Positions 1 to 13,400 of a stretch of DNA of 64,000 nt are shown here, piece after piece. Source of the stretch: Zancudomyces culisetae HAW-14-8. Lineage: Eukaryota > Fungi > Kickxellomycota. The notes beneath the pieces were generated by a model. The model worked only from the letters and a program-made list of their open reading frames with translations, made no database searches and was not told the origin of the DNA. How positions within the stretch are numbered: position 1 is the first letter of the stretch; each line of letters starts with the position of its first letter. Made by a program: the position numbers and the translations under genes. The stretch is taken from assembly GCA_052426225.1 (NCBI GenBank), contig JBNJNM010000010.1, forward strand, positions 1,420,059 to 1,484,058, written 5' to 3'.

Positions 1-698
1 TTAGTGACGAAAATATAACAGCGGCTAATACACAAACCCCAACAACCCAGAAAAACCATTTGCTATACAATCAAAGCACACCATTCAACAGGCACTGCAG
101 CAATAGTACGATATCTGCCACTTTTGACGACTGTGTTTGTATATCCCGCATAAGCAGTCAACCTGAAACCTCAAACTCGACAAGCACGACAAACTTGGTT
201 GCTACTATTTTAGGTTTAGCTGTTGTGGCAACACTTCCGACACTTTTGTTTTGTCTCTATCTCTACAACAGCGATATGTCGGCGACAGATGTGGTAGTCT
301 CGATATTATCCCCAGTCTACAATCTGCTGTACATTTTTGTGCGTCATGCCAAAAAGCTGCTGTTACAAATATTGCTACATTTATTCGATACTATCTTTGG
401 CAAGTTTATTGATGTATATGTAAATGTAACAAACGACAATACTACCCAAAGCTTGGGTGGAGATTCTACAGCCAATCCTTCATTTAAAGCATTGGACTAT
501 TACTCTTATTGTTCAAACATACTGCTATCTCTACTTGGAACCACTACAAACTCCACTAGCACACTTGATGCAAATGGAAATGCAAGTGTTGATGGCATTT
601 CTTCGTTTATGTTCTTGCTTTCTTGGATCTTTTTGTTTAGATTGCTTTTTTGTATATTAGTTTTCCATTTTTTATTTAGATCATTACTACCTCTTTAA
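1..698 (+). CDS. 3' part of a hypothetical membrane protein (frame open from the window start; Ser/Thr-rich linkers, 2-3 hydrophobic segments)
   Basis: Frame open from position 3 to the TAA at 698. Hydrophobic stretches LVATILGLAVVATLPTLLFCLYLY and FMFLLSWIFLFRLLFCILVFHFLF. No family recognised. Confidence 0.55.
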   Translation, partial: SDENITAANTQTPTTQKNHLLYNQSTPFNRHCSNSTISATFDDCVCISRISSQPETSNSTSTTNLVATILGLAVVATLPTLLFCLYLYNSDMSATDVVVSILSPVYNLLYIFVRHAKKLLLQILLHLFDTIFGKFIDVYVNVTNDNTTQSLGGDSTANPSFKALDYYSYCSNILLSLLGTTTNSTSTLDANGNASVDGISSFMFLLSWIFLFRLLFCILVFHFLFRSLLPL

Positions 699-799
699 AA
701 CTAAATAATAAAATACTACCAAGGGAATAAGGAGGATTTGGCAAAGAAAAATAAAAGATTGCTCTTGTCCAACAAAATCGATTTTAATTCTACAGCCAA

Positions 800-3352
800 T
801 CACTCTGCCTCTTCTGAAATTAACCCCTCATACTCCAAGTCTGCAAACTCTGTCCATGGATTACGTCTATTCTCCAGAAACTTGATTCTTAACTCTACGA
901 TTTCTTTGACTGTCAGCTTGCTTTTCTTTATGTTTTTTTGCGAAAAGTCGCTATTTTTTTGGTTTGTTTTTCCATGATCATGGTCAGTACCATTCTCATT
1001 GTCACTACTGCTGTCACCACCATTTGTGTTATACGCCGCAAGCTTCAGCGCCATAAACTTTGCCAACTGTTTGTGTAACGCACTGGCGCGGTTCTCATGC
1101 TCATAAAACCGATACAAGTTAATAAATGCATCAAAGAAAATAGGCCTCAGATCATATTTAAGTTTCTTGATGTCGCTTACAGTTACCTTCCCTATCTCCT
1201 TTGGTCTGACCATATCTATCAGCTGACATGTAATATCTGCCAGCGTTATCTTCTCACCGTTGTTATCTATTTCCATTTTCTGACATATTTCTTCGTAGAA
1301 ATACTCCAACTCATAAAGGCTAAGAATTCCATCTTCATCCAAATCAAGTATCCGAAACCAATACCCCACTGCCGTCTCACTTCCTTTGTCGATTTCTGCA
1401 ACCAAAAACCAAACAAAATCACCGTAGTCCATCGCCTTTTTCTTATGCCTTTTCTCTCCACCATCGCCCTCTACAACCAAACTTGCTTTTGGCTTTCCTT
1501 TACCATTCAGTATACGCGATATCACCCGTTTCGGTAATGCTCCATCAAAGTACCTTTTCAGGTTTTTGCCGCAAATATAACCATCCTTGTCTTCATCCAA
1601 TTCATAAAAACTACAAAATATAACGTAAAAGTGTTTGTACGAAAATACACTGGGATGCTCTACATTTACATCGATGCCTAAATCCTCTATCCCCTTTAAT
1701 ATTTTTAACATATTGACTTTCTTGTATTGTCTATACCCCATCTTGTCCCCTATATAACTATTTGCCTCGTAAAATATCCGCTCTATTATCGTTTCGCAGA
1801 ATTTCTCTTCAAATACTGCGTGACCTTCCAGAAATTTAAGTTCGGTATGGTTCTCTATTACATCATACACTATATCTCTCAGATCTGCCCTTTTTGCATA
1901 CCCCTTGTCTCTGCTTATTATATCAAACAGTATTTTTTCCCTATCATCCTCATGTTTAACCCTTAGCTTCCGCCAATATCTATTTTATCTCAATTTTCTT
2001 AATAAATAATTCCTTAAAATAAATGGTGACACCTAATCGTATGAATGTTGCTCTACCTGCTAAACTCTAGAAATCCATTATGCACCTCTTTGTTGTTGTC
2101 GCTACCCCATCCAAGCTCTCTCATCTTTTTGTACATTATTTTGTTACAATATCTCGGCATTCCCAAGATCTTTGTCACATTGACAAACTCTTTTTCTTCA
2201 ATCCCGAAACTCTCTTGCTCTTCAAAATAGTCCTGCATTCCCCGCTATATTATTTACGCTCTCTTAATATTTTGCTTTTCTTACGCCTGTAATCTTATTA
2301 TGAAAATGTTATACATATGACAAGTAAATGTTTGTTTTTTCTTACCATTTCCATTTCTATCTCCCTTTCAAGGACAGTCTCCCCTGTTGTACCGGTATCC
2401 GCATAAGAACCCTCAACCACTATTTAAAATAAAGTGAGTTGAATTCCTGTCTCTTGTAAAAGTAAACTAAATATCTGAAATTTATCCAATGACTATGATT
2501 TCTTTTACCCCTTCTTTGGGTAAAGCAAATATACATTATGACTTTGTCAAGTATGCAAAGTATTTTTACCTGTGCTTTCCGTTGACATTCGCTGCTTTTT
2601 TTTTCTACTTTCCGCTTTTAGAGCCTCAAAATCAAAATTGAAAACAAGATCTTCACCTCTTATTTCCTTCTTATCCACTCTTGCCATACTCTCCATCTCA
2701 CTAAACTCTTCAGATATTCTATCCAATACTTCACAGTCATTTTTAGCCCTTGACCGATTTATTAACGGCGATAACATCACCAAGTCTAGATTCATTTATG
2801 AAAAGGTATTGCTTTTATTCTTTGTATCACTACATTACTTCCCTTCGTCCTTTCCCCGCCATTTTATGTGCCCACACAGCAACAAGCAGACATATAATAA
2901 AGTATTAGTACAATAGAATCGTATATATTACCTTTCGTTAGCTCATCCTTGATTCTGTTAACCTTATTTGAAAGCCCTTCAAGCTTGCCTTTGTTTACAA
3001 GTGGGCTAAGAGGTGGAAACGTGTCGTTTGCAGAAACAGGCGAGCCAAAGATTACTTTCTTTTTGATGCTTTTGCTCGCTTTGGCCGATCTCTCTATTTC
3101 TGTACTCAACCCTTCAAGCAACCGCTGCCCAGAGACCTTGGATTGCGGTGACCACCTATTCCCTACCTCGCACAATTCATCCACCACGAGCTCCTTAACA
3201 CCTTCTTCCATTTCTGACTCTAATTTCGTCAGTTTTTTACTCGATTTGTCGGGTGTTTGTGGTGGGTCCACCTCCCCCCTGCTTGCTTCAATTGATGAAT
3301 TATCTATCTTTAACATTTGTCCGTCACAAAGTGTTTCCCTGTATACTTCCAA
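800..3352 (-). CDS. Protein phosphatase 2A regulatory subunit B'' (PR72/PR130-like, EF-hand), multi-exon; 5' end approximate
   Basis: Motifs HFYVIFCSFYELDEDKDG, MDYGDFVWFLVAEIDK and YWFRILDLDEDGILSLYELEYFY match the B'' family. ORF pieces join through GT-AG introns; those at ~2931-2786 and 2056-1980 restore the frame. Confidence 0.85.
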
Positions 3353-4309
3353 ATGGTTGATATCTGCGTGGTAACTAGAATCCTTGCAGTTGTTTCTAAC
3401 TTGGTGGTATTACAGTTTTATGTTTGCTGCTTGCAGGTTATGAAAATAGTATATGATAGTATCTTATATTATTGATTTATACAGCACATTGAATAGTAAA
3501 AGAATAAATCCCGTAATATCATGCTAAATAACTAAATATTTGTTTGTCTTTGCTTATTAAATGCTTAATGTAAACAAAATCAGAAAAAGCATTTCAAAAA
3601 ATTTTTTTGTCCAACAATTAGCTATTGTTTGCGCCTATACAACCGGAAATAAAAACCATAATCAAGTGGATTAAGCTCGTTTTTTTTTCTTATTGCAACC
3701 ATTTTTTGACCAATAAATACAAAAACCCACCAAAAAAAAATCTCTGGCATCCTCACATTCTGTAACATCACTGCCATCAGCTCAATATTAAACCAAGCAA
3801 GCGTTTCCAATCCCAGTGAGGTCCGCATAGCTCTAACCCAACACTTTTGCTTGTACATGTTCCTCATGCTTTGCAAAACAAAGCAGGAACCAAGTAAGTA
3901 AAACCAACCAGGTCTCACGTTTCTAGCCATATTTCTGAACACATCCTCCTAGTATTTGGGTTCATGGCTACAATATGTACTGGTAGCGTTGTAAACGGCC
4001 ATCAGTGTTGCCCATTTTTTTCTCTTACAACACCTGAGTCCACTTTCATGGTTGTAAGGCTAAATACTCGATACTGGTATATGACCACTTGTCAAAAGTG
4101 CAATCATAAAGAGCATTCCAGCTCAGATATACGCATATTATTTTTGAATGCTTTCACCCATTCCCTTCTCCTTGTATTTCGTTTTCACACAAACACAATT
4201 TTAATAGGATACTTCTATTGTAAATACACATATATATAAAATATAATACACCATCTATTCTACTGCAGATTCATTCCTTTCGCACCTCAAAAATCAACTA
4301 AAACATATA

Positions 4310-4904
4310 TCAATTCGGTTTGATTAGCATCCGCAAGTGGGTATCAAACATTTCGGATTTGATTGGCATCTCTGGCGTATGAAACGGATTTTTCAGCACG
4401 TAGTCACTGTAAATCTCGTAAACTTTTTTGAGTACAACATCTACATGATTCTGGTCGGGATCTGAAACAACAATAAACATCACGCCTATTTATGTGCAAT
4501 AGAAGAACGTTTGGTATTATGCCAGCTTACATTAATTATGACACTTTTCATCTCTTTGTGAACGATGGTATTCTCATCTTCATCTTTTTTTCTGTACACC
4601 TGAGACCATAACACCCTTCTTCAGCTACTAAAACCTGAATATAGAAAGAAAAAAAAACAAGCATACCTGTTGGTGTCTGGTAGCAATGCATATTTATGTT
4701 ATCTGTCTCAATTAGTTCTATCCCGGATGATGCAATGTTCTCTCCAGCATGTGGAGAAATCCTCGAAGCGATTGCATATATTCCATGAAAGGTTCCTGCC
4801 ATAATCAGATACTCGTTTGAATTCAGTTTCGCCAGCCCTTCGTTGTAGGTTTTGTTGTAAATCAGACCCCCGGCCTTGTTTATTATAAACAGGGAATAAA
4901 TCAT
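4310..4904 (-). CDS. TRS23: TRAPP complex subunit Trs23/TRAPPC4 (sybindin family), 2 exons (4904-4667, 4485-4310)
   Basis: MIYSLFIINKAGGLIY...NEYLIMAGTFHGI...CYQTPTG splices to VMFIVVSD...YEIYSDYVLKNPFHTPEMPIKSEMFD. Intron 4666-4486 (GTATGC...TAG). Confidence 0.93.
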
Positions 4905-5194
4905 TTTTCTGTTACTTTTCTTTGAGTTCGGCTGTCCTCTCTGTAAAGAGATAATATATTTAATCTGTTGAGTTGAAACAAAAAAAATGAACAAGGAGGG
5001 TCTAAAGTAGCAACACAACAATTAAAATAAGTTATGAAAATTTGCCAATTATGTAAAACCCCAGACCAAACAGAAAGCAAGGCCAAACCCAAATGCTGGC
5101 AAAATAAATTCTGAACTGTTTAATTATCTCTTTTTTGGATTGCTTTTAGCATTGAAGTTGAATTCCAGCCATTAAATGCAACAAAAATACAAGA

Positions 5195-5548
5195 ATGACT
5201 TCAGAGGATTCCAACAGTAGTAAAGAAAAAACTGACGGGCTGGGAGATGATAGTCCCCTTGACTCACTTGAAATTGGAAACATGCGCTTGACTGAGTTTT
5301 TGGACGAAATAAAATCAAACATTGACAACATAACCCTTGGCTCCGAAAATCTTGTGCCCAGCCAGCAACAGGATTCTGTAAATGGAGCCGAAAAATCTGA
5401 CATTGCATCTCTGTACTCGAGTATTTCAAAAACCGAACAGGCAATGGATCATGTTGAATCTCGGCTGGACACGATCTTGAAAATGCTTGATGACGTGATT
5501 AATGAAGCTAAACCTGAAAATAACGCAGATTCGACCAACATCGAATAG
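5195..5548 (+). CDS. Small acidic coiled-coil protein (weak resemblance to the UPF0184/bublin family)
   Basis: 117-aa ATG ORF divergent from TRS23, with C-terminal heptads SISKTEQAMDHVESRLDTILKMLDDVI. Confidence 0.55.
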   Translation: MTSEDSNSSKEKTDGLGDDSPLDSLEIGNMRLTEFLDEIKSNIDNITLGSENLVPSQQQDSVNGAEKSDIASLYSSISKTEQAMDHVESRLDTILKMLDDVINEAKPENNADSTNIE

Positions 5549-5938
5549 TTTTAAACTTTTTTTATCAATATACAGAGGAATCATTTAGCTGCATATACAA
5601 CGTAGTGTAAACGGTAGCCAAAATGTTAACAGCGTGGTCAGAGGTACGAAAAAAAAAGTGTACCGCTAGTGATTGGAAGTTTCGCTTTTAGCCTTACATA
5701 TAATGTTTTTGGCCTCCTGTATTGTAAAACAAATTGTACATAGGTTTTTATTAATAATACTATAACAAACTATTTAACTCTTATAAAGAAGTAATATTCG
5801 AAACCAAGTGATCTTGCAATTTGAATTGTTTTTGTTATTTAGGGAGTTGTGTTAAATAGTTTGTAGACACAGTTGCAACGTGTTTAGGAAAAAAAGTTAT
5901 GAGTGGCGGAAACAAGAATTTCTCTCGTTTTCAAATAT

Positions 5939-7047
5939 ATCAGTCGAAGCTCGCTAACCACAAAATTTCCATAAACACAGAGAGTAACTCCAAAGCTCCT
6001 ACAGCTATACCACACGATACGCCAGCAGTAAACATTGCGCACCTATTCAAAATAATACATTGTTGATGTCATTTAATGTATTGAATTAATATGTTTCCTA
6101 ATCTCCAATAAACCATATAATAAATATTGTAATCAAGATTTACCATCCGCCATAACCCTTGACAGTCTTAAATGCACATTCGACAACCAGTATCGAGACT
6201 GCACACATTCCGGCCCAGAGGAGCACCAATATGACATTTATTCCTATAGTTTGTCTCTTGTAGCCAGACGTTGCCCTATCATACGATTTCTTAGACATTA
6301 TTTTAAATATCACCCGGAAAGAAGCGATTAATGACACAGACGCAATCACAGCCATTGGTATTTGACCAGCAACATAGTTGTTAGGTCTAGTATTAGATAC
6401 CTATAGAGTTTGGCAATATCAGCAGTGTTAGTAGTAGTGATAGCAATATTTTTAATAAGTGCAAATAAAATCATGGTATAAAACGGAAAATTCATCAATA
6501 CTAGTCTTTTGATTTGGAGTGTTAGATATCGCTGTCTTAACGACGTCACTATTTTTACACTTTTAAAAAAACGACTGCTGATACGTGTACTTACGCTATT
6601 TGAACCGAAAGTGAATCCCAAACATGCAATACAGAGAAGTACAATCAACACCTTGAACAGCAGCAAATAAAATCGAACTTTGCGTCGTTTTGCTCCCTTT
6701 TCTTGTAGTGTAGCTTTAGATGAGTTGACCTCTACCGTCCCAAGTACGTGGCTTTGCGTACCAGAGCCGCCATGTTTTTCACTTGTAGCTCCACTCTTTC
6801 CGCTTTTTACGGTGCTGGCTTTCATCGATTCACTGTCCGTAGCCCGTCTATCCACATGTACGCTAGCTGGCGTGGAAATAGCAGCATCATCCGTTCCTAC
6901 TACAATACTCGTATACTGTTCCGATATCTCAGCAGACCGCATCTCACTATTAGCTGAAGTGTCAACACCTGTGTCATACGCCGATTGTGGTGGATTTGCC
7001 TTCCCCTTTTTGCTTTTTCTCCCCATTATTTTTCTAATAAATTTCAT
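5939..7047 (-). CDS. Multi-pass membrane protein, MARVEL-like C-terminal region, multi-exon; boundaries approximate
   Basis: Ser/Lys-rich N-terminus, then hydrophobic segments in successive exons (FYLLLFKVLIVLLCIACLGFTF; INVILVLLWAGMCAVSILVV; CAMFTAGVSCGIAVGALELLSVFMEILWL), separated by GT-AG introns. Confidence 0.55.
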
Positions 7048-8985
7048 TTTTAAAATCAGATGAGCGTCAAGGAGTTTAGTAGACGTTTGTTAATACTTAA
7101 ATATCACAATTAGATATAATCTTTTTCTGAATTATCAATAGAGCAAAGAAAATAATAAAATAGCCTAGTAATTGATAATCTTCAACACTTTTGAAAACGA
7201 GGTAATTATTGAAAAGGATATTAAAAAAAAGCACAAAGCAATTTTATAAGATTTAAAATGATGTCTTTGAATACAAACACAATACATGCAGTGCTTAACC
7301 AAGGCATTGGAGCCACCTACTCCCTTGTTCATTTAGTACTTAACGCATACTTACTCTGTTTATCGTTTTCTAGTTATCGAAATATGTTCGTCTTGAAGTT
7401 GTTTGTCTAAACAAACTTTGTTTGAAAGAGGTATTATTTGTATATCAAGTATATTAGGGTAAATATTTAACAGTACTAGTAAATAAAAGGTTTATTATCT
7501 GGTCTACTATATGGTCCGTAATAGGAGTGTCTCTATTACATACCAAACTCTTATCTTAGCTTTTTGTGTTTGTTTTTTTATGACTCTAAGATAGTTGAGC
7601 TATTGATTGGACTTTTTGTATATACATTGGATTAGTTATATATCTTTATATTAAGTTGTATTATATCAGAAAAATAAGAACACCAAACTAGAAACATTAA
7701 ATATAGTGCTACCCCCCGATATTTATATCTCACAATGACACTTGTTACACACAACTGTGTTTGGCAAACACATTCTTAACGTATCTGCTTTTATTTATCG
7801 TCTTGGTTGAATAAAAGACTGCAGCAACTAACAAAAGCTGTAAACAACACATTTTTACTTGTCAGTATTTGCTATCAAATAACCATTTGTGCGCTAATCC
7901 ACTCTGTCCACTGAGCTTGTTGGGTTTTTTTAATATCATTTCTGTCTGAGCCATTACCTACAAATCACAAAAACATTATCAAATCCAATTCTTTTACAAA
8001 CAGAATTGGAGTTTTAAAGTCATTATTATTTAACACCAGCTTTTATATATTTAATTTGGATCGCACAACCAATTGCACTAACATAAAATTAGCATCAAAC
8101 GCAAGTCAGTATTAATTTTATCTACGACTCCTCAGCTTGGATGAGGATGTGCCTCTAAAAATACTTTGCTCATGTATCACTAGACCAATCACGCCCAAGT
8201 GCTCTAAATACCTGAGGTGCGCTTGATCTAATTTTGCTAATCACCCATCCTATATATATTTGAGATTTGAGGTGTGTTTTGTTCAACTAAAATAACACAT
8301 TTTCTGCACCGCTCCCTCAATCCGATTAATAGGCAGTCATTTTTCAAATTATTTAGTTTTTTCAGAGTTTGCAACAAGAGTCAATAATATCCTGTCCTTT
8401 AAATACCATTTACGGAATTTGGTGAAGTGCTTGATCTAGAAAAAGGAATGCCCCATAAAAACCATTGAAGGATAATAACCAATATTAAGTAACTCAGATT
8501 CTACTTATTTTCGTGAGGAATACAAAATGTATAACAAAGTTTTAAACTGCACATTCACACATAGCTTTTAGACGATAAATATATGATCGAATACAAGACC
8601 AAGTTTAAAGGTGACTGCACATTGGGTTTCTTTTAAAGTTTGGTGACTCTATCAAAAAAAACCCCTGTGTTAGTAATACAAGGTTATCCACTGGGGATTT
8701 ACTGATACCATACCACCCGAGATTTATTGTATGGACTATTTATTTATATTTTAACTCGCTTCTCCTCACCCTTTCCCCGTTCTAAAAAAATCTACTCACA
8801 ACTTTAAAGCCTCCCCAGAAATCATTTTGGGTTATAGTAAAAATCGGTCAGACCATTGAAAAACTATACACAAATTATGGTGTTAAATATGGAGAAATGT
8901 CTGGGTGTGATCTTTCTTAAAAAAAAGAAAAAAGAAAGAAAAGAAAAGAAAAGGGTAGGTGTTAACCTGGCTAAATGAGCTGTCC

Positions 8986-9897
8986 CTAATACATGTCACA
9001 GAATGATTTGATTTTTTCGGCTGCAGTCTTGAGTTTTTCGGTTTCCTCCTCGTTTAGTCGAAGTGGAAGTGGAGATGCACCATGCGCTCCTACAATTGCA
9101 GGAACCGACAAGTAACAGTCATACTCCTCAACGTAGTTACATACAGGATATACTTTACTTTCGTCACCCAAAATACTTCTAGCAATGTGGGCTACATGCA
9201 AACCGACTCCGTAATATGTGGAGCCCTTGGCCTCGATAATTGAATAGGCTTTGCGGCTGACTTCTTTCTCAAGTTTTTGTAAATCTACACCTTTTAGCTT
9301 TGGGTGTCCCAGTAATGGTGTTCCACCAACAGATGAGATGGACCAGCCAACAAACTGTGAATCTCCGTGTTCACCTAAAGTTCCGGAGTGAATCGAGCTC
9401 GGTGAGATTCCTAGTATTCTTGACAGCTCGTTTCTCAGTCGTCCAGAATCCAAAAAGGTACCGGAACCTATGACTTGATTTTTTGGTAATCCGGACGTTT
9501 TTTGGGAAATGGCGGTCAAAATGTCAACAGGGTTTGATACCATTAAAATCACAGCGCTGCTCTTTATTGGCTGCATTTTTTCCATAATCGAGTTGATGAT
9601 AGTATAGTTTCTTCCTATAAGCTCAGAGCGTGGCTCGTTTGGTCTCTGACGGGCTCCTGCAGTTATTATGATGACGTCACATTGGCCTGCCTCTTGAAAA
9701 GTTCCAGCGGCACATGTAGCTGGTGATAGGAATGCTGCGTCGTTGATATCTAGTGCTTGTCCTCTGGCCAAATCTTCATCAACGTCCACAATCAAAATAC
9801 TCACAGGAAACTTCATTGTAACTAGAGAAAAGGCTGTTGCTGAACCTACATTACCTCCTCCTCCTATAACTGCTACCTTTGGAGTTGTTAGCGGCAT
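8986..9897 (-). CDS. ldh: NAD-dependent L-lactate dehydrogenase (LDH/MDH family), intronless
   Basis: Rossmann VAVIGGGGNVG, TAGARQRP (Gln at the substrate-specificity position indicates LDH), SNPVD, GSGTFLDSGR, GEHGDSQ, KGSTYYG. Confidence 0.92.
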   Translation of the reverse strand: MPLTTPKVAVIGGGGNVGSATAFSLVTMKFPVSILIVDVDEDLARGQALDINDAAFLSPATCAAGTFQEAGQCDVIIITAGARQRPNEPRSELIGRNYTIINSIMEKMQPIKSSAVILMVSNPVDILTAISQKTSGLPKNQVIGSGTFLDSGRLRNELSRILGISPSSIHSGTLGEHGDSQFVGWSISSVGGTPLLGHPKLKGVDLQKLEKEVSRKAYSIIEAKGSTYYGVGLHVAHIARSILGDESKVYPVCNYVEEYDCYLSVPAIVGAHGASPLPLRLNEEETEKLKTAAEKIKSFCDMY

Positions 9898-10442
9898 TTT
9901 CGAATTGTTATATATATTTTGCTGTTATCCTTACTGACGTTAAAAAATGGTAACGGCAGTGCGTGTGTGTGTTTTTGTAAAGTATATATCTAGCTGTAAA
10001 GAGAAAAAGAAAAAGAATGCATCCTTGCGTTTCGAGCAGGTTTTATACCTTTTTCTGGCCAACCGACTTTTCACTTTTTTTTTCCGGCGCTTTCTGCGAC
10101 CATCGTGATATTTTTGAGCGCCCTTCCTGGCTCGGTCCATAAAATGGAATTTAAAAACTGTGGTGTGATTTGTTTCATGTATTCAAATTTGGGATTGAGA
10201 AGCCAACAAACATTCGAGGATATTTTTTCATTTTGCAACAAATCGGGTTCGTTGGGGAATGCATGCCACTTTTATTTTGGAATGTTAATCTCGAATAGTT
10301 TTACAAAGTTGAAATGCAAATGCACCGAAAAATACATCGATTTCTAGCATATAAAAATAACAGGTGTAAAAAAAATCGATAGTAAAACTTTGCCACAAAG
10401 GCGTGAATAAAAATAAATGCATGGTGAATTAATCGATACAGG

Positions 10443-13400
10443 TTAGGGAGTACTGCTTAGTAGAGGGAATGCCAACGTATGACCTGTACCCATCGGATCA
10501 AGGTAATGGTTATTTCTGGAAATATCAAAGTTGCTGAACTGATTAATATCGGGGTTGGGAATACTAGAGAATGGCGGTGCAGAGCACGAAACACCATTTT
10601 TATAATTGTTAGAGGAATCGTGACCAGGGGTATAAACTGGAAGGATAGAGTTTATGTCAATACTGGAGCGGGATGTATTGGAATGAACGCCGTTTCCTAC
10701 ATCAAGGTCGTCGGTAGTGGCGTGAAGGTCTGCATGACTTTTATCTAGAGTATTGATAGGTGGGATGGGAAAATTGTAAACGCTATCCAGGGTCACATTG
10801 CCGAACCTCATAAAGCTTGCTGAATCGTCGCTGGAATGAGTGAGTACATCACTCCTATTATTTTCATCAAGAGTGAAGTTTTTCGTTTGCAGTTGGATAG
10901 ATGATACACTTAAACGGATCTCTCTGTTTGGAAGGTAAACGTGTGTATGTGTATGTGTATCCGCGTTTTTGGTGGGATTTGTTGAGGGAATGAGTGTGCT
11001 TTGATCAAAAACAGCAGTTTTCTCATCAGCTATTCTAGAATGGTCCGTCTTAACAAAAGAGCTCAGTTCATGGTCAAAATCTTTGGATTCATTAACACCG
11101 CTATATGATGGTGTTACTGAGCTTTGTTTGACTGAAGATGAAATCAGATCAGGGTTGGTTTGGTAGTTATCAACGCCTATTTTTTGGCTGCCCACTATTA
11201 TGCTCAGCCCCGCTGGCGCTTTTTTAGATTTGGGGGAGGCTGATGCTGAGGGATTTTTAAAATTCATGCGCTGGGATGGAGAGGTAATGTTTTCCATGTT
11301 GTTGCCGGCTTTGGCACCAAGAAGGTGTGTTTTTAGTCCACCAACAGGATTTTTGTCGTCAAGTTCAAGGGTGGTATTTTTGGTAGCTTCGAGTGCGCTA
11401 TTATCAAGGATTGCTATCTTAATACTGTTATTGGTGGACGGGAAAGGCTGAATAAGTGCCTTAGAACTGGGGAAATATTTCCCAACACGACTGCCAGAAG
11501 AGTTCAAGCTAGTTGATCCAGCAGAACCGGGGTTTGATATTAGTTTTTGTTTGGATTTACCATTTAGCTTGAACGCTGGAGGATCCAAAAGAGTTATATG
11601 ATCTAGGTTATATTTAGTTTCGTTATCATGAATTAAGCGTTGAGCAATAGTAGAGTCTTCTTTTTTTGAGGCTTGAGATGATTTATGTGAAAAGAAGTAT
11701 TTCAGATAGCTGTCCATGGACATAGAAAGGAAGTCGCGTATATTTACATCAGTGCGGGCTGATGCAGTCGTACTGTTGGAAACAGTGGCAATACCCTGCC
11801 GGCGTGAAGTGTTGTTAACAGCGTGATGGTTGAGCTGGAGGATTTTCAACTCCATGGCTATCTCCAGTAGGCCTACCATTATCCAAACCAAATTGTTGGA
11901 ATCTGGCGGAAATACGTTGCTTCTTAGCCGATTCCATTGAGTGACCATCTTTTTCTGCTCAGTAGAAAGATTGAGTATATCTAGTTGGGGGTATTTTAGG
12001 TCATCAGTACTCTTTAAATTGTATAAAATGGCTTTGTAGCAAAACAAAAACTGGTCCAGGGACTGTACAACGCCCATTCTCTGTTTTCTAAACGTACTGA
12101 CTATGGAAAACAGTGGATCATAATTGCCTTGAACGACAGGCGTTTCATCCTTTTTGAGTAAAAGCGCGGTATCAACTGCTGCAAAGACGCCTGACCTCCC
12201 GCAACCTGCTGAGCAGTGAACAACAATTGGGTGTGTTTTCGAGTCATTTTCAGCCGAAACCACGCCTTGGTCCTGGTAGCTGGTACTTGCCATGTTTGCT
12301 AAACTAATGGTGCGAACTAAACCTCTTGGAGTGTCGGGAGTAGAGTTATCTTTCCAAGCCAGATATTGTATCTGAGTAACCACCCGTGCCTTACCCGTAA
12401 CGCGGCCGTTGATGCTGGCTCTGATTCTAAACATTCTTGTAACTATTTCTTTGCAGTTGCAGTCATCAGCTGCTGCTTCCATCCTGACGGATATAACACA
12501 ATCTGAGTCTCGAGTTCTAAATCGATGCCACACACCTACGGCTGCAGGCCAATATGCATAGCATTTCTCCACACCGTTCTCAGTCAACTCGCCCAACATT
12601 ACTATTACATTTACATTTTGTTCCCATATCATCTGCCAGAAATCAGGTGTTGTACTTTGTAGTGGCCCCTGCGTCAGTATATATTGAGGTCCATCTTCCA
12701 TGCCCACAAAATTCGCGTTAATATAATCATTGCTCTCTTTGTTTGTGCTGGACACGTGCAGTTTAACTCTAGAACTGTCATATGGTAGAACATTTGGATA
12801 TCTATTTTGCCCAATTCTCATATATCCACTGTTGAAGCTATATGAGCAATCATCCTTGTCAGTGCCTTCTCTTATTTTAACTATTCTGGCTCGTTCTGAA
12901 ATAGTTAGTTTATCAAAATAAGTTGCAGCCACTCCCATGTCGCCTATTTTCTCTTTGCTTCTCTCCTCCAGCCAGCTTGGAATTGTTATCCCTGCCTCTG
13001 TCTCATTGACTTTCAACACGTAGCAAAGAGATTTTGCGTTCTCGTAGAACTTTTTGTATCCTCCCTCTAATGTATATATTGTAAAACCTCTCAACTGATC
13101 TCTGCATATTGCTGCAGCCTTCCATGCACTCCCAGAGTTGTCATCATCATAAATCACTATTTTTTCCACTAGACCTCCCACTGCGTTGATATACTCTTCT
13201 ATAAGCTGCGAAATCCCTTTCCTTACCGTCTGGCCCAGAATTTTCCTTGCGCCTCTATCACAAGCTTTTAGCTGTTCTAAACTAATAGCGTTTAAAACAT
13301 GACTTTTGGTATACTGTTGGATGTTCCTAGTGTCAATTACGAGCAATGAGTCCAGTCTTTCGCGAACAAGTTTTTCTAGTTCTTCAACTTCCATTTTTCC

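Noticed and set aside
2033-2056. Apparent 24-nt mini-intron in the PP2A B'' gene
   Set aside because: Using it leads to a stop; the acceptor at 1980 restores the frame.
3622-4239. Short ORFs between PP2A B'' and TRS23
   Set aside because: Non-ATG start or no motif, and atypical composition; probably spurious.
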